DNA of 64,000 nucleotides from Mobula hypostoma (taxonomy: Eukaryota), in contig NC_086097.1 in assembly GCF_963921235.1 (NCBI RefSeq), positions 8,122,001 to 8,186,000 on the forward strand, read 5' to 3'. This document shows, piece by piece, positions 34,345-46,792 of this stretch. Position 1 is the first letter of the stretch; the number at the start of each line of letters is the position of its first letter. The notes beneath the pieces are model-generated. The model was given only the letters and a program-made list of their open reading frames with translations. It was not told the origin of the DNA and searched no databases. The translations under genes were made by a program, and so were the position numbers.

Positions 34345-35657
34345 AGTTCTTTCTCAAATTGGAAAGGGAACATCCTGAAAGGCACTGAGCACCTTGAAGC
34401 TCTGTGGAGGCTTTATAAAACTAAGCTTTATAAGATACTGATCTGACCACTTTTGGAGTATTAGGTGCCATTTTGGGACCCTCATTTCAAATTCCTTGGT
34501 GCCCACATTTCCAAAGATCTCAGCTGGTCCCTGAACTCCTCCATCCTGCGACAGCGCCTTTATTTCCTGTGGAGCATGAAGAAAGCTCACCTCTGTCCCA
34601 GGATACTGACGGACTTTTACTGCTGTACCATTGAGAGCATACTCACCAACTGCATCCCAGTGTGGTATGGCAATTGTCCCATATCGGACCGCAAAGCACT
34701 CCAGCATGTGGTGAAAACTGCCCAGCGGATTATCGGCACCCAATTGCCCACCATTGAGAGCATCTACCCTCAAAGCTGCCTGGGCAGAGCGAAAAGCATT
34801 ATCAGGGATGCATCTCACCCTAACCATGGACTTTTTACTCTCCTCCCATTGGGTAGGTGCTACAGGAGCCTCCACTCCCGCACCAGCAGGCACAGGGAGA
34901 GTTTCTTCCCTGAGGCTGTGACCCTGCTAAACGTCACATCACAGCGCTAAGCAGTATTGCACCCATATTGTACTGTCTCAGTACTTTTATATTTGTGTGC
35001 TGTAGCACTTACTTTTTATTCACAGTTATTTTGTAAATAACACTATTCTTTGCATTGCTGGTCAGATGCTAAATGCATTTCATTGGCTATGTATCTGTAC
35101 TCGGCACAATGACAATAAAGTTGAATCTAATCTAATCTAGTCTAATCTTATTTCAGAAAGGATACGCTGGCATTGGATATGTTTCAGAGGGGTTCACAAG
35201 AATGATCCTAGGAATGTAAGGGTTAACATCTGAGGAGCGTTTAATAGCTCTGAGCCTGTACTCAATGGAATCTAGAGGAATGAGGGGAGATCTCATTGAA
35301 ACGTATCGAATATTGAAAGGGCTAGATAGATGTGGAGTGGATGTTTCCAAAAGTGGGAGATTCTAAGTCCAGAGGGACAGCCTCAGAATAGAGGGATGTC
35401 TACTTAGAACAAAGATGAGGAAATATTTCCTTCACCAGAGGGTAGTTAATCTGTTGAATTCTTTGCTACAGATGGCTATGGAGGCCAAGATATTTAGTAG
35501 ATTTAATTGGAAGTTCATTGGTTCTTGATAAGTCAGGGTGTCAAAGGTTATAGCGAGAACGCAGGAGAATAGGATTGAGAGGGATAGTAAATCAGCCATC
35601 ATGGAATGGTGGAACAGGCTAAATGGGCTGAATGGCCTAATTCTGCTCCTATCTCTT
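34345..35657 (+). mobile_element. CR1 3' fragment split by a Rex1
   Basis: ctttataagatactgatctgaccacttttggagtatt...; resumes ~35149 with CR1 C-terminal and 3' UTR sequence. Confidence 0.75.
34484..35148 (+). mobile_element. Rex1/Babar 3' fragment, (AATCT)n tail
   Basis: FKFLGAHISKDLSWSLNSS...RLYFLWSMKKAHL...SFFPEAVTLLN; closely similar to 27750-28375 inverted. Confidence 0.92.
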
Positions 35658-36681
35658 TTGGCAGGTGGCATACAGAGGTCAATCACAAACAGCGGATGAA
35701 ACACACAACAACCTAAACTACCCATCCACCTGCTCCTACAAACTCCATTGGCTTTACTTGTGGTAGAGACCAATGACCCAACGCAAGACCTTTCACATCA
35801 CACATAAAGTTCTGGAGAAACAAATTGCAGAGGTGGATGAAGTAGATTTTTTGGGTCCCACTGCAAATTCCATTTCCAATTTCCAACTATCAACATAAGA
35901 TTGTCACATTATTTTCATTTATATAGGAAAATTAAATTCTCTGCTGTATGGTGGAAATCAAAAGCATTTGACTGGGGTCATCTGAGTCAGATTCTCCCAT
36001 CTTAATGAATCCTGCCTTCATCTGAAGTACTTTCAAATAATTCATGGGAAAAGGAATTTTGCATGTGTATGACTGTTCCTAAAGCTGCAATATGTGGTCA
36101 TAACTCTCTGGTGTTAACCTATGATGTTCACCTTCACATTTGCAGCAATCAAGTCAAAATTGTTGCCAATTAAATTTGTTTTTTTTTCACAGAGCCAATT
36201 CTCGCCACCGATCTCAACTCTTAAGTAGGAATATGACATAGAAGTTCAGCCAGTTTAATGAGGGGGGCAGAGTGGGGGAGTGGGCCAATGTGTCTCTCAG
36301 ATCCCCAAGTCTTAATTACATCAAATTATTTCCAACACCAGAGAACGAATAGACTTGAATAGTAATTATGTGTTAATATAATTGCTTCCCTGCTGTGCCT
36401 GGAGAGTAACTCCTCGATTAATGAACTCCGTTCCAGAGTTTTCACAATAATACCATTGACTCTTTAAGGTAAAAGCAATAAATACTAAAAGTACACACCA
36501 GGTCAGGCAACATCTGGAGAGATAGAAGAAAACGGTATTTCAGACTTCATCTAAATTGAAATTCTGCTGCTGGCTTTGTAGCTTTGATTTACAAAGTTAC
36601 AGCAAAGTTAGAGCAGTACTATTACCAATTGGGCAGGGGGGAGATAGCCCTTCAATTATTATTGTAGCTATATACTGCACT

Positions 36682-38345
36682 ATCAAGTCTGCTTCGCCAT
36701 TTCATCATGGCTGATCCATGTTTCCTCTCATCCCCAGTCTCCTGCCTCCACATCCCCATATTCCTTCATGCCCTGAAAATATCAACTTCCACCTTAAATC
36801 TGCATAAATTCTTGGCCTCCTTAGCTGCTTGTGGCAACAAATTCCACAGATTCACCACTCTCTAGCTAAAGAAATTCCTCCTCTTCTCCATACTAAAAGG
36901 ACACCCCTATATTCTGAGGCTGAGTGCTCTGATCCTAGACTGTCCCACCATAGGAAACATTTTCTCCACATCCACTCTATCAAGGCCTTTCACCGTTCAA
37001 TAGGTTTCAATTATGTCACCCCTTATTCTTCTCAATTCCAGTGAATACAGACCTAGAGCTATCAAACACTCATCATATGACAAGCCTTTCAAATCTAGAA
37101 TCATTTCTGTGAACCTCCTCTGAACCCTCTCCAGTTTTGCAACATCTTTTCAAAGATCAGGGGCCCAAATCTGCACACAATTCTTCAAGTGAAGCCCCAC
37201 CATTGCTTTATAAAGTCTCAAAACTATATCCTTGCTTTCATAATCCAGTTCTCTTCAAATTAATATAACATCGTGTTTGCCTTCCTCACCACAGACTCAA
37301 CCTGTAAGTTAACCTTTAGAGAACCCTGCACAAGGACTCCCATGTCCCTTTGCACCTCAGATTTTTTGGATTTTCTCTCCTTTTGGAAAATAATCAATGC
37401 CTTCATTTCTTCAACCGAAATGCATGACCATACACTTCCCAAAACTGTATTCCATCTGCCACTTATTTGTCCATTCTCCCAAACCAAGTCCTCTGTAGCC
37501 TCTTTACTTCCTCAAAACTAACTGCCCCTCTACTTATCTTCATATCGTCTGCAAACTTTGCAACAAAGACATAATTCAAATCATTGACATAGAGCATAAA
37601 AAGAATCAATCCCAAATAGACCCCTGGGGAACACGGTTAGTCACCAGCAGCCAGTCTGAAAAGGTTTCCTTTATTCCCTCTCTTTGCCTCCTGCCAATCA
37701 GCCACGATTTTATCCATGTTAGAATCCTCCCTGTAACATTATGGGCTCATAGCTTGTTAAGCAACCTCATGTGTTGCACCTTGTCAAATGTTGTCTGAAA
37801 ATCCAAGTACACTACATCAACTGATTCTCCTCTGTCTGTCCCACTTGTTATTTCTTCAAAGAATTCCAACAGATTTGTCAGGCAAATTCTCCCTTGAGGA
37901 AATTCAACCTGTAAATGTACCTTTAGAGAATCCTGCACAGGGACTCCCAAGTCCCTCTGCAACTCAATTTTTGTATTTTCACTCAATTTAGAAAATAATC
38001 AACCCTATTGTATCATGTGCCTCCAAGTACCCCGAAACAGCACTCTTAACAATTGACTCCAACATCCTCCCAACCACTGAAGTCAGACTAACTGGCCTAT
38101 AACTTCCTTTCTTCTGCCTCCCTCCTTTCTTGAAGAGTGGAGTGAGATTTGTACTTTTCATCTTTTGGAACCATTCCAGAATCTAGTGATTCTTGAAAGA
38201 TCATTACTAATGCTTCATGATCTCTTCAGCCACCTCTTTCAGAACCCTGGGGTGTACACCATCTGGTCCAGGTGACTTCAGATCTTTTCACAAGAACCTT
38301 TTCTCTAGTATTGGTTCCGTCACATATTTCATGAGCCCTGACACC
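36682..38345 (-). mobile_element. CR1 ORF2/3' UTR remnant
   Basis: CLTNLLEFFEEITSGTDRGESVDVVYLDFQTTFDKVQHMRLLNKL; QVESVVRKAN. Confidence 0.88.
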
Positions 38346-38629
38346 CTGAAACTCCCACCATACTGCTGTGATGCTCTGGAAATTGTAGCAATATTTATTT
38401 TTAAACATCCCAACTGTAGACTTTGAAAAAAGAAATGTCAGCTGAAAAACAGAGAAATGAACAGACACAAGAGATGGCAGATGCTGAAGTCTGGTGCGAC
38501 ACATAGGCTGCTGGAGTAACTTAGTGGGTGAGGCAGTATTTGTGGGAGGAAAAAAATTGTCAATGTTTTGGGCCAAAATCCTGCGTTGCTACTGAGAATG
38601 GAATGGCACAAGATGGCCAGCATAGAGAG

Positions 38630-39530
38630 GTAAAGGGGATTTACAGGAAAAGGACCAGTAACATCCTGAAGGATCCCACTCACCCTGCTCATGGTCAACT
38701 TGACCCACTTCCATCAGGGAAGAGGCTGTGTAGCATCCACAACAGGACAATCAGTGACTTTCCTCAAGCAGTAAGGCTGATCAACACCCCCACTCACAAA
38801 CTCCTCTCCAGGACACCTAATGTCATTTAAGAAGGAATTGTTTTGGCCGGAGAGTAGTGAATCTGTGGAATGCTCTGCCACAGACTTCAGCGTAGGCCAA
38901 ATATGTGTGTATATTTAAGGCAGAAGTTGATCGTTTCCTGATTGGTCAGGGCACCAAAGGATGTGGTGAGAAAGCAGGTGTATTGGGTTGAGTGGGATCT
39001 GGGATCAGTCATGATGGAATGCAGAGCAGACTCGATGGGCTGAATGGCCTAATTCTGGTCCTTTGCCTTATGGTCTTATGGTCTAATGTATGAACACTCC
39101 TGTGCCTAGCATTGCTTTATGGATATGCAACCACTATGTATATAAGCTAACATTTATTTATTGCTATTTATTTAGAGACACCGCTTGGAATAAGCCATTC
39201 AAGCCCCTCGAGCCATGCCACACAGACCATTGACCATTTACAATGACCAATTAACCTACCTGGCATGTCTTTAAACTGTGGGAGGAAACTGGAGCACCCA
39301 GGGAAAACTTAGAGCTCCGACACACCGAGCTGTCATAGCATCGCGCTGACCGCTACGCTAAAATGGCACCCTACGTATTTATATTTATTGTGTTTTTTTT
39401 ATTATTGTCTTCTTTATCCTATTGTGTTTTTTATGCCGCATAGGATCCAGATCCAGGGTAATAATTATTCCATTCTCCTTCACGCTTGCATATTGGGAAA
39501 TGACATTAAACAATCTTGAATCTTGAATCT
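38630..39530 (+). mobile_element. Rex1-type 3' fragment with a CR1 tail (~38830-39085) and a V-SINE (~39165-39370, minus) nested inside
   Basis: NILKDPTHPAHGQLDPLPSGKRLCSI...FPQAVRLIN; tail aatgacattaaacaatcttgaatcttgaatct. Confidence 0.7.
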
Positions 39531-39664
39531 GGAAGAAAGGACTCCACGGAAAATGAACAGATCTCGTTGGCACCTAGGAATGTAGGTGTGCACTTACTAA
39601 GAACCTTCAGAAATGGGTGTCAGCTTCACTCTGTTATAATTGTCTAACCTCCTGTGAGTATTAT

Positions 39665-40050
39665 TTCTTTGTCATGTTGGAGAGGTTTGTGAGTTCTTGG
39701 ATTCTGAAAGTGATTCTGTCTTGAGAGCCCCTGCTTGGGTCACCCATAATGGTAATGTCAAGGGGGAGGATCCAGAAGAAGCGCTATCTAACTAAGACCT
39801 CAATGGCAGAGGGGGTGGAAGATGATGATACATCACAACTACACTGAAGGTGAAGGAACTTGTAACAGTGAAGGGTCCCCAGTCATCTTGCATTTCATGA
39901 CATTGGTCCCTGACCCTGACCAATCAAAGACCATGTAGTGACTGCAAGTGCATCAGCCTCCCCATGTTAAAGAAAGTCATGCACAGCGTTCTCCATTATA
40001 AGTTAATAACCCTGAGGAGAACATCATATTCGACTTGAGAGATTGATCTA
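39665..40050 (+). mobile_element. Orphan non-LTR retrotransposon 5' leader (Hero- or Rex3/RTE-like)
   Basis: ttgtcatgttggagaggtttgtg...gggtcacccat...gtcaagggggaggatccaga parallels the leader at ~42350-42215 (minus). Family assignment is by resemblance. Confidence 0.45.
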
Positions 40051-40402
40051 TATTACTACTTTGGTATACTGTTCCCCCACTACCTCCATACAGTTCGCTC
40101 CTTGCCTAACAAAAATGAGCAAGGCATGTTTTTATCGCCTTATTCCTTCTTGTTAGAGGCACGGAAAGAATGAGGTTTTGATTTCATGTCTATTATGAAC
40201 ATTAAAGGCTCTTCTGCAATCAGAATTGGCTGGCACAATGGGTTTACACACTTCCCTTTATCCCTTTCATCTCCAACTGTAGTTCATAATCCAACTCACT
40301 AATAGCATGAAATTCCCCTTCTCTGTCGACTGAATGAGACTGAATTGGTAGTTCTGTGACAGAGATCCAATTAAGTATTCATGTTTTAAGCGTCGCAGTG
40401 AG

Positions 40403-40895
40403 AGTATTTCAGTGCTTGAACAAACTCATTAATGTCAGCACTAATTTCAGTTACTGATATCTGCAACGGCTGTATTTTAATGGCTGGATAAGCCTTTCTT
40501 AAGTATTCACATTGATTTTAACACCATATTACTGTATTTCATTTAAAGCAATACTCAGCTTGAACCTTATTGCCAGTTCAGCAATGTCTGTATTTCAGAA
40601 CTTGTCTAAACACTGTAAATATAAGCATTACTTTTACCAGCAGCATCGGTAGTATGTGCACTTCAGGCCCTGTGCAAACATCATAAATACCGCACTATTT
40701 TCATCATGGCGCGTCTATTCTTGAGACTTTGTGTAAACATTATAAATACCGGCTCTAATTTAATACCAGCGTGTGTCATGCCTGCACTGTGTGAATGCTG
40801 AAGACGCCAACAATAATTTTAATAATAATGACATCGTTTTGATATTTCAGGGTGAAAAAAATTCAAAGAGTAGCATTTAATACTTTTGCACCATT
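40403..40895. repeat. Degenerate ~56-68-bp tandem array (~8 units)
   Basis: Recurring gtatttca...ttgt.taaaca.t.taaata...ta.ttt at ~60-bp spacing, e.g. ctgtgcaaacatcataaataccg and ttgtgtaaacattataaataccg. Confidence 0.55.
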
Positions 40896-41084
40896 ACTTC
40901 AAACAGGCAGCCAAGACCTCTCAGTGATTATCAGAGTCAGTTCGTTGTCTTCTGCACTCCAGTTCATCTTTCCTTGATCCTGCCACATAGTTACTATCAA
41001 TAGATTTGCTGAGTACGCCTGCAGGAAAGTGAATCTCATCATTTGTATGTGGTGGCATATATGCACTTAGATCATAAATTTTAT

Positions 41085-41355
41085 TTATTTATTTATTGAG
41101 ATACAGCGTGGAATTGGCCCTTGCGGACCTTCGAGCCACGCTGCCCAGCACGCCCCGATTTAGCTCTGGCCTAATCATGGGACAATTTACGTTGATAAAT
41201 TAATGTGCCAATAGGAAACCAGGAAAACTATAGGAAACAATGTGGGAGGAAATTGGAGCACCCGAAGGAAACACAAGCGGTCGTGGGATAAATGTACTTA
41301 CAGGCAGTAGCGAGCATTGAACCCGGATCTCTGGCACTGTAAACTACACTCTAAT
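41085..41355 (-). mobile_element. V-SINE (HE1-like)
   Basis: (TTTA)n tail, gtgggaggaaattggagcacccg core, B-box-like ttgaacccgg. Similar copy at ~50815-51040. Confidence 0.7.
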
Positions 41356-41951
41356 TGACTTCAAATTTGAACTTTGGAATGACTCACTTAACTCAATCTC
41401 CTTTTTCAGATTCTTGAGATGGTGAAGATTTGAAAGCTCTTCAAAGTTTTTACTTAACACATCCACAGTGAATATGATAATCAGACTTAAATTAAACAGA
41501 AACCACTTCCAAACAGAAGTTTAAAATGCCATTCTTTTTACATAACTTTACTATTTTTTCACTTTCGCTTTGGCCTATTAATGTCACGCATTAATCAACA
41601 TGGTGGGCGGATAACAGATGTCATTGTGACGAGCTGTTATTTAGATATATAACAGAGTGGTGCAGAGGTAATGTCTAGTATAATATGTATTAAACACATT
41701 GCAGCCTCTAAAATAGGCAGAATATAAGCAATATTTTCAAACTCACCAACTGAATCCTTGTAAAGCTGACTGAACAAGCTGGTCCGAGTATGTAAGCACA
41801 AGGGTAGTTTCGTAGTCTGTCCCTTGTGCTATCGGTATATAATGTAGTTCATTAGTGGTGGAGAAAGCACGTTTTTATTATTTGTCTTTTGCACACCAGT
41901 TGTTAGTCAGTCTTTGTTGTTTATTGTTTTTCATGAATTCTATTATATTCT

Positions 41952-42350
41952 TTACTTACTGCCATTTCACCACTGGCATTTAGGGCAGCAGTGAAGCTCC
42001 TCCATCTCTGGTGGTGTTCAGGGCTTCCTTCTTCATGTCAGTAGCTTCCTCTTGGTTTTCACTACTGTCGGTCATACAAGTCTTGGGTGGAGACTCAGGA
42101 ATACCGCCGCGCTCAGATCTAGAAGGAATCTTCATTGCTGTTTCCGTAATAATTTTGTTTTACCAGTCAGGGATGTTAACCCTGAGCTGAACCCCCAAAC
42201 ACGGAGGACCGGGGACCACTCTTAGTCTGGTATCCTCCCTTTCACCTGTTTGCAATGGGTGACTTTACCAAGAATCAAATCATCCAGCCAATGTAGCTCT
42301 TTGGATTATTGAGGTACACAAGCCTTCAAACAATACGACAAGGTTCTGCT
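41952..42350 (-). mobile_element. Bipartite RTE (Rex3/Expander-like) non-autonomous element (type D)
   Basis: 5' accttgtcgt...ggcttgtgtacctcaat...gtcacccattgcaaacaggt...ccagactaagagtggtcc, joined to an RTE-type tail gatggaggagcttcactgctgccctaaatgcc...(GTAA)n. Confidence 0.6.
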
Positions 42351-42934
42351 CCTCATGGGGAATTGTTTGTATTTCTTTACCTGCGAGAAAACAAGTCTCA
42401 AGATGACATATACCTACTTTAATGACAAACTTACTTTGAACTTTGTGAAATAGTTGGAAGAAATTCTAAACTGGTGATGCAGATTTGGATTTACATATGG
42501 GTATGCAGAAATATCCTGCTCCTCCAAGGGAAAAAAAAAATCATAAAAAGAAAGAGGAATAAGGGTTTTTGAACCAGATTCAGGTTTAATATCACTGTCA
42601 AGAAATTTGTTGCTTTGTGACAGCAGTACAGAGCAGCTGCATCAAGAGCACTGGCCTCTGTAGTATCTATGACATCTTCTAGGAGCAGAGCCTCAAATAG
42701 GCAACATCCATCATTAAGAACTCCCATCACACATGTCATGCCCTCTTGTCATCGCTACCATTACGGAGGAGGTTCAGAAGCCTGAAGGCACACACTCAAC
42801 GATTCAGGAAAAGTTTCACTGCAATTCATGTTTTTTCACTATTAATATGTATTGCATTTTATTGTTGCCAGGAATACAACAACTTGCATAACATATGCAG
42901 GTGATACTAAACCTGATTGTGATTCTAAGCAATA

Positions 42935-43345
42935 TAGTCAGAGTCATACTTTAGTAATCCCAGGGGAAATTGGTTTTCATTACAGTTGCTCCATAAATAA
43001 TAAATAGTAATAGAACCATAAATAGTTAGATAGTAATATGTAAATTATGCCACTAAATTATGAAATAAGTCCAGGACCAGCCTATTGGCTCAGGGTGTCT
43101 GACCCTCCAAGGGAGGAGTTGTAAAGTTTGATGGCCACAGGCAGGAATGACTTCCTATGACGCTCTGTGCTGCATCTCGGTGGAATGAGTCTCTGGCTGA
43201 ATGTGCTCCTGTGCCCAACCAGTACATTATGTAGTGGATGGGAGACATTGTTCAAGATGGCATGCAACTTGGACAGCATCCTCTTTTCAGACACCACCGT
43301 CAGAGAGTCCAGTTCCATCCCCACAACATCACTGGCCTTACGAAT
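42935..43345 (-). mobile_element. Rex1/Babar 3' fragment
   Basis: ELDSLTVVSEKRMLSKLHAILNNVSHPLH...CSTERHRKSFLPVAIKLYN. Confidence 0.85.
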
Positions 43346-43609
43346 GAATATAATAATAAAAGTAAAAATTATGTATATAATATATATAAAATAAAATCAA
43401 TAAGTAGTGTAAAAAGAGAGGAAAAAAGATAGTGAAGTAGCGTACATGAGTTCACTGTCCATTCAGAAATCTAAAGGGAGCCAAATAATTGGTTTTTGAA
43501 AAACAATAATATCCATTATTCAAGTTTACTCTGTCCAGTTCACACACTTTCTTTCAAAGAGGCAATGTCCTCCCTTTTTAATTCCCATTATGCTCCTCCC
43601 ATAATGGGA

Positions 43610-44248
43610 TGGGAAGATGGCGGCACGATGCAGCTCGCAGCGGCCACTCCGGTGGTGATGTCAGTTATTTCTCAAGTAGGGTGCCGTGCACAATTCTGAT
43701 TTGATGGAGACGGATGTGAGAGCACGGAGGAACATCTGGTGAAACTTCTGAAATGTCTGCTTCGCTGCTGCTGCTACTGTGTGGTCCAGGATCTCCAGAG
43801 GAGAAGGCCCCGAGTCCTCGGCTTTGCTTGTTGCTCGGCGGCCGGGACACGGTCAAAGTGCTTATCAGAGGATGGTGCTCGGAGAGGCTGTGTCGGAGGC
43901 TCGAAGTTTTCGGATGGACTCAGAGTCCGCTGTGGTCGGGTGCTTCCAAAAGTGCTGCATCAGCGAGTTGGCAGCATTGGAGGTTCATGGTAGGGAGAGT
44001 TTCTCCCTTCTGTCACCTGCGTGAGATGATGAGTCTATCGGGACTTTGAGACTTTTTTTTTTACCGTGCCCATGGTCTGCTCTTTATCAAATTATGGTAT
44101 TGCTTTGCACTGTTGTGACTATATGTCATGTCTTGGTCTGTCCCGTGTTTCTGTGATATCACACCGGAGGAATATTGTATCATTCCTTAATGCATGCATT
44201 ACTAAATGACAATAAAAGAGGACTGCGTGTCCTCATAATCTAATCTAA
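43610..44248 (+). mobile_element. Second copy of the ~620-bp stem-loop/(TAATC)n retroposon
   Basis: ggaagatggcggc start; 3' ~100 bp nearly identical to ~8270-8372. Confidence 0.75.
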
Positions 44249-44489
44249 AGTTCCTACAGCATTTTGTGTGTTGCTCAAGATTTCCAGCATCTGCAGAATC
44301 TCTTGTGTCTACCTCATTTTGCCTTCTAAAAGGAGTCCAATGCTGTTAGACTGGACCAGAATATTCTCTCGTCCCTCTACTAGCCAATGCTACATTACAA
44401 TGCTGACTGCATTTTAGAAGTCTTGGCCAAAGAAGGGCTTTGGGTTGGCTTGAGGTCATAAAAGGTGCAAGGTAAATAGCTGTTAATAC

Positions 44490-45045
44490 TAAACACGAGA
44501 AAGTCTGCAGATGCTGGAAATCTTGAGCAACATAAAATGCCAGAGGAACACAGCAAGTCAGGCAGCATCTACAGAAATTAATAAACAGTTGATGTTCGGG
44601 CCAAGACCCTTCTTCAGGACTAGAAAGGAAAGGGGAAGATATCCGAATAAAATGGAGGGGGTGGGGAAGGGAAAGGAGGATAGCTAGAAGATGATAGGTG
44701 AAACCAGGTGGGTAGGAAAGGTAAAGGGCTGGAGTGGAAAGAATCTGATAGGAGAGAAGAGTGGCCCACAGGAGGAAGGGAAGGAAGGGGGGCACCAGGG
44801 GCAGGTGATAGGCAGATGAGAAGAAGTAAGAGGCCAGAGTAGGGAATAGAAGAAGAGGGGAGGGGGAGGGAATTTTTTTTACCAGAGGAGAAATCAATAT
44901 TCTTGCCACAGGTTGGCGGGTACCCAGGCGGAATACAGGGTTTTGCTCCCTCACCCTGAGAGTGGCCTTATCTCAGCACAGGAGGAGGTTATGGACTGAC
45001 ATCTCAGAAAGGGAATGGAATTAAAATGTTTGCCACTGGAAAGTT
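44490..45045 (-). mobile_element. Penelope-like 3' fragment with a hammerhead-like motif at 44586-44622
   Basis: HFNS..., LRVREQNPVFRLGTRQP; TAGTC-CTGAAGA-AGGGTCTTGGCCC-GAAC-ATC-AACTG on minus. Confidence 0.78.
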
Positions 45046-46684
45046 CATTTATTTTTACTGCTAGTTGGCTTTGGGCCATACCAGGTTTAAAAGGAAACTC
45101 AAATAGCTCATTCATCACATCCACATGAAACACTGTTACGGCATCCATCATCAGGGACCCCCATCACCCAGGGCATGCTCTCTTCTTGCTGCTGCCACCT
45201 GGAAGAAGACACAGGAGCCGCAGAACCTACAGGTTCATTAACAATTATTACCCCTCAGCCATCAAGTTCTGGAAGTAGAGGGGATAACTTCACTCAACCT
45301 CACTTGCCCCATCACTGAAATGTTCTCACAATCTGTGGACTCTTCATCTCATGTTCTCTATTTTTTGCCAATTTATTTATTATTATTACTTTTTTTCTTT
45401 TTTTATTTGCACAGTTTGTTACCTTCTGCATTCCGGTTGAAAACTCAAGTTGGGTGATCTTTTGTTGATTCTGTTATGCTGATTATCCTATAGATATATT
45501 GAGTATGCCGACAAGAAAATGAATCTCAGGGTTGTATATGGTGACTTATATGTACCTTGATAATAAACTTACTTTGAACTTTGAACTATAACATGCATTG
45601 TGATTTAACCTTGCAAAGGATGCCATTAAAAAAGGTAAATACTTCCACTTTAGGTTTACAGCAAGGAGAGAAATATTCAATTGAGGAAAATAAGAGGTTG
45701 AAACATGACCACAGGAACTTAGAAGCCTAAGAAGAAATTTAGAGTTTTTGCTTAAATAATTGAATGATATCTATTGAATGAATACAGAATGCAATTTTAC
45801 CTAGTTGTCATGTCAGTGATAAATCGCGTCAAGTTAAGATAATCTCAAATAGATTGCAGAGATAGATGAGAAAAATCTCTTTACAATAGTGTTATTGCAA
45901 TATGTAGCAAGTTGTTGAGGCAAGGAATATATTATTTATCGTAACAAGACAGTCTTTTAAAGCAGAGGTATTGTCCTAAGTTATTGGCAGCAAAATGGTT
46001 CTTAATCATTACTCTATAAATCAGATTGAAACTTTGGGATTTCCAAGCATGGGAATTTTAAATTTGCTGCCTATTACTCAGTGAACCTAAATAGGCTTTT
46101 CTATAGGCAGCCTCCTCCTTCCAAATCAAGAGAAATCACTTGATTTAATTTAAAATATTTATGAGTTTGTCCTCTCAGTTCAATAACATGAAAATCCTAT
46201 GCCTTGGTACATGATGTCTAGGTAAGTTTTTAATGACATACCAAGGGATAATTACAGCTCAACAAATTCTAGCCCTAAAGAAAACTAACTTTTTCCAGAT
46301 GTATTCTCATAAACTCATAGTGGATTTTACAATCATCATCATCATCATCAGTTGCCATACATATTTTAAAATTTATTTATGATATTTGTTGCTTCAATCA
46401 CATACAGCTATTCTTTATTTGCTATTCTGTACAATGTTTGCAGCTATGATTAGAAATTGTACTCATTGCCTTGTCAATAATTGCTGAATGTGATTGGCTA
46501 CTTACAACACAGCTGCAGAAACTGAGGATTCTTTTGAATTGTAGTACAGGTGCACAGAACATTGGAAAAAATGTTTTCAACTTTAACCTCAGTATATCTT
46601 GCTTCCCTTGTGACCTATGGTGAGTACTGTTGCTTCACTACCAACTGCAACTTTTCAGCTGTTTATTTTTGGAAAAAGAAATGC

Positions 46685-46785
46685 AGCACAACACATACAA
46701 AATGCTGAAGGAACTCGGCAGGCCAAGCAGCATCTATGGAAAAGAGTGCAGTCGACGTTTCGGGCCAAGACCCTTCAGCAGCGCG
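46685..46785 (-). mobile_element. Penelope pLTR fragment with a hammerhead-like motif
   Basis: CTGCTGA-AGGGTCTTGGCCC-GAAAC-GTC-GACTG on minus, 46781-46749. Confidence 0.7.
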
Positions 46786-46792
46786 AAGGGTT

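Noticed and set aside
46179..46227. Acceptor plus strong donor (TAG/GTAAGT) micro-exon
   Set aside because: All three frames contain stops and there is no other support.
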